DNA from: Kiritimatiellia bacterium | Lineage (GTDB): Bacteria; Verrucomicrobiota; Kiritimatiellia; SLAD01 | Length of the DNA stretch: 32,000 nt | Direction of reading: 5' to 3' | Assembly: GCA_007134735.1 (NCBI GenBank) | Contig: SLKG01000037.1 | Span: 65,286-97,285 of the forward strand | Shown: positions 7,832 to 16,038 of the stretch, one piece after another | Layout: every line of letters starts with the position of its first letter | Numbering within the stretch: the first letter of the stretch is position 1 | The notes under the pieces: model-generated | What the model saw: the letters and a program-made list of their open reading frames with translations, nothing else | Databases searched by the model: none | Told to the model about the DNA's origin: nothing | Position numbers and translations under genes: made by a program

Positions 7832-10225
7832 ATGGCGGCAAAGAAACAGGGCGGACACTCCGGGTGGCAGGATGCATGGGGCATCTTATGCCTGGCGCTT
7901 GCCTTACTGCTGTTTCTCAGTCTGATATCCTACGATTCCGGGGACGTATCGGTGATTGCGTATCCGTCCAATCAACCCACCCTCAACTTCATAGGGCCGA
8001 CCGGCGCCTGGTTGGCGTTCATTTTGTTCATGGGGCTGGGCGTGGGCGGATACCTGGTGCCGGTGGTGGTGGCCGGCCTGGGCTTTCTGTTGTTGTTCGT
8101 GCGGGAAAGGCGGATCTGGCCCCGATGCGTCTGGATGCTGGTGGTGCTGACGTCGCTGATCGCGCTGGCCGAGCTCCGGTCGGACGTATGGAACGGAATC
8201 ACCTCCGGACTCAACATCGAATGGACGGGCGGCGTGCTGGGGTACCTGTTGGTGCAGGAAACACTGATCCGTTTTGTGGGGAGGGTGGGGACGGCCATCC
8301 TGGCGGTTTCGGGTTTGCTGGTGGGCGTGTTTTACCTGGCCGAAATCCACCCGCTGTCCGTGATCCGGAAACTGTCCGAGTGGGGAACGATCCTGTACGG
8401 ATGGACGACCACGAAACTGGAAGAACGGCGCGATCGTCGCGAACAGTTGATGCGGGAGGAACGCGAGATTGCGAAACGCCGGCGACGCCTGGAAGAAGCC
8501 GTGAGCAAACGCGAGAAATCCGTGGCCGCGGCCCGGAGCCGGAGTGCGCGCGAAGCGGCCGAGCCGGACGCCCGGGAGCCGTCGGAATTGCCGATCGAGC
8601 CGGAACCGGAAACCGGCCGGGATCAACCCCTTCCGGACGAGCCCCTCAAGGCGCCCCGGCCGGCGCCGCGCCGCCCCAAACCCGCGGAGACGGCGACCGT
8701 TTCCGCCGCGCCCGTGGCCGCGGCCGCCGATACGGATTACCGGTTACCGCCCCTGGATTTGCTGGATGATGCCGCCGCGGCTCGCCCGCGCGAAATCCAG
8801 GAGGATCACCAGGCCGCCGGCACGATCTTAAAGGAAACACTGGCCGAATTCGGCATAGAAACGGAAGTGACCAATGTGGAGCGTGGTCCCGTGGTGACCC
8901 GCTACGAATTATTGCCCGCGCCGGGCGTTCGCGTGGAACGCATCACCGGGCTCAGCAACAATATCGCCCTGGTGATGAAAGCCGAAAGTGTGCGCGTACA
9001 GGCGCCCATTCCCGGAAAAGGCGTGGTGGGCATCGAAGTGCCCAATACGCTTTCGACGTTCGTCTATCTGCGGGAAATGATGGAGAGCCGTGTCTGGCAG
9101 GGAACCCGGTGCGCCCTGCCGTTGGCGCTCGGAAAAGACGTGGCCGGAAAAGAGCTCATTGCCGACCTGGCGGATATGCCGCACATGCTCATTGCCGGGG
9201 CGACCGGGTCGGGCAAAACAGTCTGCATGAATTCGATTCTGGCCGGCCTGCTCATGTCCCGCAGCCCCGCCGATATGCGGTTGATGCTGATCGATCCGAA
9301 GATCGTGGAATTCTCCGCCTATGAGCGGTTGCCGCACCTGGTGGTTCCGGTGATTACGGACGCCAAGAAGGTGGGCCTCGGCCTGCGCTGGGCCATCACG
9401 GAAATGGAAAAGCGATACAAGCTGTTTGCCAAGGTCGGTGTGCGCAACATCAAGGCGTACAACAGCCGGCCGATCGTGAAGCAGACGGATTTATTTGAAT
9501 CGGACCGGGATACAGCGGAAGACGAAAAACAGCCGCCGGATCGTCTGCCTTACCTGGTCATTATTGTCGACGAGCTGGCGGATCTGATGCTGAACGCGCA
9601 GGCGGAGATCGAAAATTCCATCGCGCGACTCGCCCAATTGTCACGAGCCGTCGGCATTCATATGATCCTGGCGACGCAACGGCCGTCGGTTAATGTGATT
9701 ACCGGGACCATCAAGGCGAACTTTCCCGCGCGCCTGGCCTTTCAAGTGGCCCAGAAGGTGGATAGCCGCACCATTCTGGATGCCGCGGGCGCCGACAAGC
9801 TGCTGGGCAAGGGCGATCTGCTGTTCCTGCCGCCCGGCAGCAGCAAACTGATCCGCGCGCAGGGCACGATGACGACCGACAATGAGATACGCCGGATCGT
9901 TGAATATATCCGGTCACAGGCCGAACCGCGGTACGAGCAAACCATTCGCGAAAAGATGGAGAGCAAGACGGCCATGATTCCGGAAGCGGAGGAAGACGAT
10001 GAGCTGCTCGAGGCGGCGATTGAGATCATTCGCCAGACCCGGCGCGCGTCCACCTCGTCTTTGCAGCGCCGGTTGCGTATTGGATATACGCGGGCGGCCC
10101 GGCTGATGGATCTTTTGGAGGAACGAGGTGTTGTGGGGCCGCCCCAGGGATCCGATCCGCGGGAAATTCTCATCGATTTGGACGGGGAAATTCCGCAGAA
10201 TGAGACGGTGGAAGAGGAGCGCTGA
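7832..10225 (+). CDS. ftsK: DNA translocase FtsK/SpoIIIE
   Basis: N-terminal TM helices and a charged/Pro-rich linker. Motor domain has Walker A in LIAGATGSGKTV and Walker B in YLVIIVDELADL. The gamma winged-helix is STSSLQRRLRIGYTRAARLMDLLEERGVVGP. Confidence 0.95.
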   Translation: MAAKKQGGHSGWQDAWGILCLALALLLFLSLISYDSGDVSVIAYPSNQPTLNFIGPTGAWLAFILFMGLGVGGYLVPVVVAGLGFLLLFVRERRIWPRCVWMLVVLTSLIALAELRSDVWNGITSGLNIEWTGGVLGYLLVQETLIRFVGRVGTAILAVSGLLVGVFYLAEIHPLSVIRKLSEWGTILYGWTTTKLEERRDRREQLMREEREIAKRRRRLEEAVSKREKSVAAARSRSAREAAEPDAREPSELPIEPEPETGRDQPLPDEPLKAPRPAPRRPKPAETATVSAAPVAAAADTDYRLPPLDLLDDAAAARPREIQEDHQAAGTILKETLAEFGIETEVTNVERGPVVTRYELLPAPGVRVERITGLSNNIALVMKAESVRVQAPIPGKGVVGIEVPNTLSTFVYLREMMESRVWQGTRCALPLALGKDVAGKELIADLADMPHMLIAGATGSGKTVCMNSILAGLLMSRSPADMRLMLIDPKIVEFSAYERLPHLVVPVITDAKKVGLGLRWAITEMEKRYKLFAKVGVRNIKAYNSRPIVKQTDLFESDRDTAEDEKQPPDRLPYLVIIVDELADLMLNAQAEIENSIARLAQLSRAVGIHMILATQRPSVNVITGTIKANFPARLAFQVAQKVDSRTILDAAGADKLLGKGDLLFLPPGSSKLIRAQGTMTTDNEIRRIVEYIRSQAEPRYEQTIREKMESKTAMIPEAEEDDELLEAAIEIIRQTRRASTSSLQRRLRIGYTRAARLMDLLEERGVVGPPQGSDPREILIDLDGEIPQNETVEEER

Positions 10226-10815
10226 TGGAATCACTGGGACACACACTGAAAAGCACACGCGAGCAGAAACGGATCAGTGCGTCGGATGCGGCCCGGAGTA
10301 CGCGGATCAAGGTGCAGCATATCGAGGCCATCGAGCGGGACGATTTCAGTCAAATTGCCGCGCCTGCCTATGCCAAGGGATTCATTAAAATATACGCGGA
10401 ATACCTGGGCCTCGATCCCGAACCGTTGATCAAGGAATATCTCGAAAAACACGCCCCGAAGGAACGCCCCCCCCTGTTGGAGGAGGAACCGGAGGAAAGA
10501 CCGGGGCGCACGTGGACAAGGCCGTCGATTCCCTGGCGGGAAATCTGGGAACGGGTGCGTGCGCTGTATGGGGCCATCAACTGGTCCGCATTCAAACGTT
10601 GGCCGTGGCCGAAACGGCCGCCGCGCGTGATGGCCCTGTACGTGGCCATCGCCGTGTTCTTGCTCCTGGTGCTGATGGGGATAACGCGGTTTGTGCGCCG
10701 GGAAAGGCCCGACGTGGAAGAGAGGCCCGTCCGGCCGGTGCCGGAAGCGGAGTATCCTCTGATTCGTGACGTGCCGGACCCCTATCTGGAAAAGAAACAT
10801 GAATCTACCGAATAA
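10225..10815 (+). CDS. RodZ-like helix-turn-helix membrane protein (short periplasmic tail)
   Basis: N-terminal HTH (LKSTREQKRISASDAARSTRIKVQHIEAIERDDF...AKGFIKIYAEYLGLD) followed by a single TM helix (MALYVAIAVFLLLVLMGI). The start overlaps the ftsK stop (TGATG). It sits directly upstream of pgsA, as rodZ (ymfM) does in Bacillus. Confidence 0.65.
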   Translation: MESLGHTLKSTREQKRISASDAARSTRIKVQHIEAIERDDFSQIAAPAYAKGFIKIYAEYLGLDPEPLIKEYLEKHAPKERPPLLEEEPEERPGRTWTRPSIPWREIWERVRALYGAINWSAFKRWPWPKRPPRVMALYVAIAVFLLLVLMGITRFVRRERPDVEERPVRPVPEAEYPLIRDVPDPYLEKKHESTE

Positions 10816-11386
10816 ATTGACGTTGGCCCGGCTGGTGCTGGTGGCGCTGCTGCTCGTGTTGTTGACGGTTCCGTTTCCGTATGCGATGAGCCTGGCCCTG
10901 CTGGTGTTTATCGTGGCCAGCGTATCCGATTACCTGGACGGATATCTGGCGCGGCGCGTATACGGCGAGTCCGCTTTCGGCCGGCTGATGGATCCGCTTG
11001 CGGATAAGGTCATGGTATGCGCCGCGTTCGTGAGTTTTGTCGATCTGGGTCTCGTCCCCGCCTATATCGTGGTCATCATTATTTCCCGGGAATTCCTGGT
11101 GACCGGATTACGCCTTTTGGCCGTGGAAAAAAGAGAAATCATTCCGGCCGGCAAATGGGGGAAACACAAAACGGTCTGGCAGATCGCGGCAATTATCGTC
11201 ATCCTTCTCGGCCTGGCCGTCCGCCACGATATCCTGGGAGATGCGGACGCGGCCCTGTTGCGTGACTACGATCTGGCATTCGAACATATCGCGTATGCCG
11301 TTTCCATCGCGGTGGCCCTGATCACCGTCGGTTCCGGTTATCTCTATTTCATGGAGAACAGGGAACTCATCAGGCGGAATTTATGA
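10799..11386 (+). CDS. pgsA: CDP-diacylglycerol--glycerol-3-phosphate 3-phosphatidyltransferase
   Basis: CDP-alcohol phosphatidyltransferase motif D-x2-DG-x2-AR-x8-G-x3-D-x3-D is present in DYLDGYLARRVYGESAFGRLMDPLADK. The N-terminus MNLPNKLTLAR is typical. ATG 10799 is preferred over the track's GTG 10766. It overlaps the rodZ-like gene by 17 nt. Confidence 0.9.
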   Translation: MNLPNKLTLARLVLVALLLVLLTVPFPYAMSLALLVFIVASVSDYLDGYLARRVYGESAFGRLMDPLADKVMVCAAFVSFVDLGLVPAYIVVIIISREFLVTGLRLLAVEKREIIPAGKWGKHKTVWQIAAIIVILLGLAVRHDILGDADAALLRDYDLAFEHIAYAVSIAVALITVGSGYLYFMENRELIRRNL

Positions 11387-11412
11387 CGGAGCCCCGCTTC
11401 ACGGGCGCCGGC

Positions 11413-12294
11413 CTATGAGCCGGAACCGGGGGCCGGGGGTTGCTCCGAGGGATCCTGCGTGACCCGGACGGGGAAGGGGGGCGTTTCCGATCCGCTGTAC
11501 ACGGTCAGATGCGGGAAGGCGATCTCGATGCCCTCGGCGTTGAAACGGGCCTGGATATCCTTCATGATCGAGTTCTTCAGATTCAGGAAATCCTGTTTTG
11601 CGAACCACACGCCCAGCATTAATTCCAGCGCGGAAGTTCCAAAGTCCTTGAAGATGATGAGGGGACGCGGTTCGTCGAGCGAATAGGGGTTTTGATCGGC
11701 GATCTCGGTAAGGATTTCCATCACGCGTCCGGCGTCTTCCTTGTAGGCGATGCCGATGTCGATATCCATGCGGCGAATCGGGAATCGTGAAATATTGATC
11801 ACCTGCGACTTGATCAGCGTCTCGTTGGGCATCCGCACAAACCGGTTGTCCGGTGTGCGCAATTTCACGGAGAGCAGGTCGATGGACAAGACAAAGCCGA
11901 GGGTGTCTCCGACCTTGATCATTTCGCCCGCTTCAAAAGGACGTTCCCAGATCAGGAAAAGACCACTGATGATATTGGATAGGCTGGTCTGTGACGCGAA
12001 TCCGATCGCAACGCCGATGATGCCGGCCGCCCCGAGAATGGCGGTCAGCCGGAAGCCGAGGTTCTGAAGGATCATGACCACAATCAGAGCGGTCCCGAAA
12101 TAATACACGCCTTTGCGAATCAGTATGCCCGCTTGTTCGGTCATGCGCGCGCGGGCCAGGCGGCCGGTCATGGACGCCGTGATATGGACCAGCGGCAGAC
12201 CGATCACCAGGAGAAGGGCGCTGCGCACCAGCGGAAGCATCCGGGCGCCCATCCAACCATTTTGTACGACCAGTTCTATGGATGAAGGTTCCAT
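11413..12294 (-). CDS. Small-conductance mechanosensitive channel (MscS family)
   Basis: Three TM helices followed by the MscS beta-domain: FEAGEMIKVGDTLGFVLSIDLLSVKLRTPDNRFVRMPNETLIKSQVINISR. Confidence 0.9.
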   Translation of the reverse strand: MEPSSIELVVQNGWMGARMLPLVRSALLLVIGLPLVHITASMTGRLARARMTEQAGILIRKGVYYFGTALIVVMILQNLGFRLTAILGAAGIIGVAIGFASQTSLSNIISGLFLIWERPFEAGEMIKVGDTLGFVLSIDLLSVKLRTPDNRFVRMPNETLIKSQVINISRFPIRRMDIDIGIAYKEDAGRVMEILTEIADQNPYSLDEPRPLIIFKDFGTSALELMLGVWFAKQDFLNLKNSIMKDIQARFNAEGIEIAFPHLTVYSGSETPPFPVRVTQDPSEQPPAPGSGS

Positions 12295-12297
12295 GAC

Positions 12298-13095
12298 TTA
12301 CATGCGGATGAAGGATTTCAAGTCGTCGATACTCTTTTGAATGCGTCCCTTCGGAAGCGGTTCCCGCGCCTCCGAAATCAGGCGGGCCTTCGGGCTTGCG
12401 GGAGGGGGGGCGTCCCCGTAATGCGTTCGGCTTGTTTTCGAATTGCCCTGGTAGGTCACGTCCACCTGGCTGGTCCACAGCCGGTCCTTGTCCTGGTACA
12501 GATTGAGGTGGGGGGCGTGGATGCAGAGCCTCTGGAATTCAACGGCCTCCGGCGCCTGGTTTTTTATGTGAATGGGGCACACCGCCATGTGCGGGCGTTT
12601 GCGAATCGTGCGGCGGTTTCGGCGTGCCGTCGTGCGAAGCGAATAGCACAGGGTCCCGTCCGTCGGGGTGCCGAACCATGAGTTGGAAAGGATCACCGTC
12701 GGTTCCGTGAACAGGGCGGAATCCATGTCTTGCCCCGTAAGTAAACGCAACCAGATGGGGATGCTGATAAAAAACAGCAAATCGCTCCCGGGCGGGAAGA
12801 GCAGTGGCGAATCCGGTCGGGCGACCACGGCCCGGTCCGGGGTCAGGGGCTTGAGCGCGAGCGTCCGTGAATCATCGGCGGCCGCCCATCGTGTCCATGT
12901 GGCCCCGTCGGGTTTGGCCTCCGTTTTCATCATGACCAGGGAATCGTCCTGGGGTGCCCGCTCGATCGCGGTCTGCCATTCGTCTTCCGAACGCTGGATC
13001 CACAGTTTGAAAGGACCGATCTGGCCGTGCAGACACGCTCCGTCGGCGATCTCAACCGGATCCCACGCGGATATGTTTTGTTGGGTCAGGGTCAC
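12298..13095 (-). CDS. Hypothetical protein (no motif I recognise)
   Basis: 265-codon ORF with normal amino-acid composition. It has a GTG start with GGAAGG 8 nt upstream. Its stop is 3 nt before the MscS ATG, so the two are probably co-transcribed. There is no signal peptide or TM segment. Confidence 0.6.
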   Translation of the reverse strand: MTLTQQNISAWDPVEIADGACLHGQIGPFKLWIQRSEDEWQTAIERAPQDDSLVMMKTEAKPDGATWTRWAAADDSRTLALKPLTPDRAVVARPDSPLLFPPGSDLLFFISIPIWLRLLTGQDMDSALFTEPTVILSNSWFGTPTDGTLCYSLRTTARRNRRTIRKRPHMAVCPIHIKNQAPEAVEFQRLCIHAPHLNLYQDKDRLWTSQVDVTYQGNSKTSRTHYGDAPPPASPKARLISEAREPLPKGRIQKSIDDLKSFIRM

Positions 13096-13171
13096 GTGTG
13101 CAACCTTCCGCTTGTCTTCGACTGTCGAATCTACCTGCGCGTATCAGCGGCGTCAATGGAAATGGGGCGCG

Positions 13172-13238
13172 GGAAAAGCCGGGCTGTATCAATAGTCTGC
13201 ACGGACCGTATGGCCGGCGGCTTATGATACAGCCCCGG
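13172..13238 (-). terminator. Possible intrinsic terminator after the OMP gene
   Basis: Minus strand reads CCGGGGCTGTATCA, a 33-nt loop, then TGATACAGCCCGG, followed by CTTTTCC. The stem is 13 bp with one bulge. The loop is large, so confidence is modest. Confidence 0.35.
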
Positions 13239-13261
13239 TGTTGCCGGTCTTGGATGCGGAT

Positions 13262-13942
13262 CTAGAACTGGTATCGCGCGCCGATACTGATGAACAGGTC
13301 GTCGATAAGCGCCAATTCCCCGTAATACGAGACGTTGTGGTTGTGCCAGTAGATCACGCCGCCCGCAAGGGCCAGTTCCACGTCGCTGTCGCTGTCACTG
13401 AATCGTTCTCGTCGCGTCTCCGGCTCTGGAATGGCCGGAAACGTCATGGTTCTCGTAATGGTCGAATCATAATACATATAGCTCAATCCGGCAAAACCGT
13501 ATACTGTAATCACATCCAGATCCTTACTCCCTAATGCGCCGACGTTGAGCGACCAGAAATCCGTCTCGCTCTTCCACGATCCCATGGCATGCCGGCCCGA
13601 ATCATCCCAGCGGGATAGCCCGAACGCGCCGCGTATGGCCAGGTCGAAGGGGATGTCGTAGATCGGAAGCCGGTATTGAGACCCCAGCTGAAGGAATGGT
13701 TCGATGTCCCCCGAATCAGGGTCGATAAAGCCGCCGCCGATGAACAACGCCAGGTCGTCAATCGGGCCGTAGGTAAAACGGCCGGCGTACAGGTTGACGT
13801 CGCCTTCCAGCGTGATGCCGCCTCCGAAACGTATCAGGCCGGCGTCCGTGTTGGCGTCATCGGCGATCGGCTGGCCGAGTATGGCCATGGCGGATAGGGT
13901 CGTGCCCAGCAGAATAACCACGGTCGGTATGAACTTCTTCAT
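13262..13942 (-). CDS. Outer-membrane beta-barrel protein
   Basis: Signal peptide MKKFIPTVVILLGTTLSAMA, alternating Gly/aromatic beta-strand pattern, and the C-terminal OMP signature GARYQF. AAGGAG lies 8 nt upstream of ATG 13942. The track's ATG 13948 is only 2 nt from the SD. Confidence 0.8.
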   Translation of the reverse strand: MKKFIPTVVILLGTTLSAMAILGQPIADDANTDAGLIRFGGGITLEGDVNLYAGRFTYGPIDDLALFIGGGFIDPDSGDIEPFLQLGSQYRLPIYDIPFDLAIRGAFGLSRWDDSGRHAMGSWKSETDFWSLNVGALGSKDLDVITVYGFAGLSYMYYDSTITRTMTFPAIPEPETRRERFSDSDSDVELALAGGVIYWHNHNVSYYGELALIDDLFISIGARYQF

Positions 13943-14014
13943 GATCATTTCTCCTTCATGTTTTGCGATAACCCCCTCGTGGAGCTACTTTTTAGATCTT
14001 TTCGTATAAATAGT

Positions 14015-15874
14015 TCAATCCGTCAGTCCTTCCAGCCAGATCATCCATTGGGCCACGTCACTGCCGTATGGTATGCCTGATATCTGTTCCAAGGCCTGGG
14101 ATGCGGAATGCCGAACCCTTGCGTCCGGGTCTTCAAGGAGAAGGTTGATCAACGGTTCTGCCGCCTGCAGGCTGCCTGTTTTCCCAAGTGCTTCAGCGGC
14201 GCGCAACCGGACCCAGCGATTATCATCGTCCAGGCTTGAAATCAATTCAGCGGCCGCCAGCTCTCCCAGGTTCCCCAATGCTTCGATGGCGGCATTTCGA
14301 ACGCCGGCGTGCCGGTCTTCCAGGGCGGCAATCAACGGCGGTACGGCGCGGATATCGCCCACTCGGCCCAGTGCCTCCGCCGCGTATTGCCGGACCCTCC
14401 GGTGCCGATCGTCAACCGCGGAAATCAAGGACTGTATGGCCCGTTCATCTCCGATTCTTCCCAGCGCCTCGGCGGCATATTGCCGAACTCCGGCATCATC
14501 ATCCTCGAGCGCGGAAATGAGTTGTTCTACCGCGCGTACCGCGCCCATTGTTCCCAGTGCCTCGGCCGCCCGTTCCCGAATATCCGAATCGGGGTCATCC
14601 AAGGCCAGGCTCAGTCGCTCGATTGATTCTTCACGTCGCCTTTCTTCTTCCAGTGCTCTTTCAATAGCCTCCTCGGCCCGGGCGATTTGACCGGCGGCGT
14701 CCGTCCGTTCCGGGTTCAGATCCAGCAGCTGCCCGAAGGTCTGTATGGCGTCCTCGTACTCCCCGGCCCCGTATTGTTCCATGCCGGCGGCAAACAAAGC
14801 GTCTTCCTGTTCCTTTTTTTTCCGGGCTTCCATTTGTTCTCTGAATGCCGCCTTCGCTGAAGTCATCTGTTCGGCCGCATCCGCTCGATCCGGATTCAGA
14901 TCCAGCACCCGCCCGAAGAACTCCATGGCCCCCTCGTAATCCTCTTCGGTGTAACGTTCCATGCCGTCGGAAAATAACCGGTCCTTTTTCGCCTTCTGTT
15001 CGCGCTCCTCAATGGCCGCTTTCGCCGAAGTCATCTGTTCGGCCGCATCGGATCGATCCGGGTTAAGGATGAGCACCCGCTCAAAGAGCTCCATGGCTTT
15101 CTCGTAATCCTCTTCGGCGTAGCGCTCCATGCCATCGGCGAACAACGCGTTTTCATTCTCTACCGGATCCGCCCAATAGTGTAACAGGGCCCATCCGATG
15201 CCCAGGCTCAACGCGATCAATGCCGCCAGCGCCATGCCGGCATTGACCATTTTGCGTTTGCGCATCCTGTGACGTATGGTGTCGGGGACCGTGGAGCGAT
15301 CCGGGGGCGGAGGAGGCAGTCGCGGTCTCTTTACGCCTCGTTCGTCGAGCACTTTGATAATTTCCCGCTCGACTCCGTCGAGTATTTCCTTGCGGATATA
15401 TCGCCATCCCTTTTCGCTGTCGATAAAATCGATCAGCGGAGTCGGTTTGCCGGGCAGGATTGTGCGGAAGGAAACAAATTCTATTTTTTCCCAGGCACAG
15501 GGCTCGACAAGAATGGATACCAGTTTGAGTTCATTATTTTTGACCCGCTCGCAAATGCGCGGAAATTCTACCGTCTGGATGAAGTCGGAGTTGAGGAACG
15601 CGCTGCTGATCAGTAGTATGGCGATATCGGCCTGATCGATTTCCCGCTCGATGCGCTCCTTGAAATTCTGGCTCGGGGTCAGATCTTTCGTGTCATACCA
15701 GAACACCGTGTGGTAATAGCGCTTGAAAGATTTGGCCAGCCAGGGAATGAGCGCGAATTCGCTTTCGTCATCGGGCACCCACCGCTTGCCCTCGTCCCTG
15801 TATCCCAGATAACGGCATTCCTCGCGGGCATAACTCACGAAAATGCGTATTTCCTGCGCTGTTTCCTCGGTCAT
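14015..15874 (-). CDS. TIR-domain membrane protein with TPR-like and HEAT repeats
   Basis: - aa 8-175: TIR-like (IRIFVSYAREE..., DIAILLISSAFLNSDFIQTVEFPRI).
- aa 200-234: basic cluster RHRMRKRK followed by a TM helix.
- aa 244-415: three TPR-like units of 56-60 aa.
- aa 431-600: five to six 31-aa HEAT/PBS-lyase-type repeats (VRQYAAEALGRIGDERAIQSLISAL).
- Start: GGAGG lies 7 nt upstream of the ATG. Confidence 0.85.
   Translation of the reverse strand: MTEETAQEIRIFVSYAREECRYLGYRDEGKRWVPDDESEFALIPWLAKSFKRYYHTVFWYDTKDLTPSQNFKERIEREIDQADIAILLISSAFLNSDFIQTVEFPRICERVKNNELKLVSILVEPCAWEKIEFVSFRTILPGKPTPLIDFIDSEKGWRYIRKEILDGVEREIIKVLDERGVKRPRLPPPPPDRSTVPDTIRHRMRKRKMVNAGMALAALIALSLGIGWALLHYWADPVENENALFADGMERYAEEDYEKAMELFERVLILNPDRSDAAEQMTSAKAAIEEREQKAKKDRLFSDGMERYTEEDYEGAMEFFGRVLDLNPDRADAAEQMTSAKAAFREQMEARKKKEQEDALFAAGMEQYGAGEYEDAIQTFGQLLDLNPERTDAAGQIARAEEAIERALEEERRREESIERLSLALDDPDSDIRERAAEALGTMGAVRAVEQLISALEDDDAGVRQYAAEALGRIGDERAIQSLISAVDDRHRRVRQYAAEALGRVGDIRAVPPLIAALEDRHAGVRNAAIEALGNLGELAAAELISSLDDDNRWVRLRAAEALGKTGSLQAAEPLINLLLEDPDARVRHSASQALEQISGIPYGSDVAQWMIWLEGLTD
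14075..14584 (-). repeat. Intragenic 93-nt periodic repeats encoding HEAT-like units
   Basis: 31-aa periodicity: DIRERAAEALGTMG..., VRQYAAEALGRIGD..., VRQYAAEALGRVGD..., VRNAAIEALGNLGE..., VRLRAAEALGKTGS..., VRHSASQALEQISG. These are coding repeats, not a CRISPR array. Confidence 0.75.
14630..15145 (-). repeat. Intragenic tandem triplication (units of about 168-180 nt) encoding the TPR-like units
   Basis: Long near-identical nucleotide blocks. For example, ctcgtaatcctcttcggcgtagcgctccatgccatcgg (about 15100) matches ctcgtaatcctcttcggtgtaacgttccatgccgtcgg (about 14930). Likewise gaagtcatctgttcggccgcatc occurs at about 15030 and about 14860. At protein level the units read LFADGMERYAEEDYEKAMELF / LFSDGMERYTEEDYEGAMEFF / LFAAGMEQYGAGEYEDAIQTF. 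Confidence 0.8.
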
Positions 15875-16038
15875 GGCCGCCCCTCCGGGGAACGTCCCCC
15901 GTCCTTACTGCGTCAGGCGGATTAACCCCGCCTGCAAGCGATTTGCACTACTCGTCTTTATTGCCTCCGCCAAAGCTGATCATGAATGAGAAACGGGGAA
16001 GAAGCAAGCAAAAGCCGTGGTGTATTTTTTGAAGTAGA

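Noticed and set aside
7783-8769. 328-aa plus-strand ORF overlapping the 5' part of ftsK
   Set aside because: It is an alternative frame of ftsK. Its Arg/Gly/Pro-rich composition is typical of off-frame translation in high-GC DNA. The FtsK frame has clear TM helices and continues into the motor domain.
11387-11412. Possible bidirectional terminator between convergent pgsA and mscS
   Set aside because: Only a 4-bp stem (CCCG/CGGG) can be drawn in the 26-nt gap, and there is no U-tract.
14075-15145. Periodic nucleotide repeats that might suggest a CRISPR-like or satellite array
   Set aside because: The periods (93 nt and about 170 nt) are in frame within one long ORF and encode HEAT-like and TPR-like units. 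There is no alternation of short conserved repeats with unique spacers.
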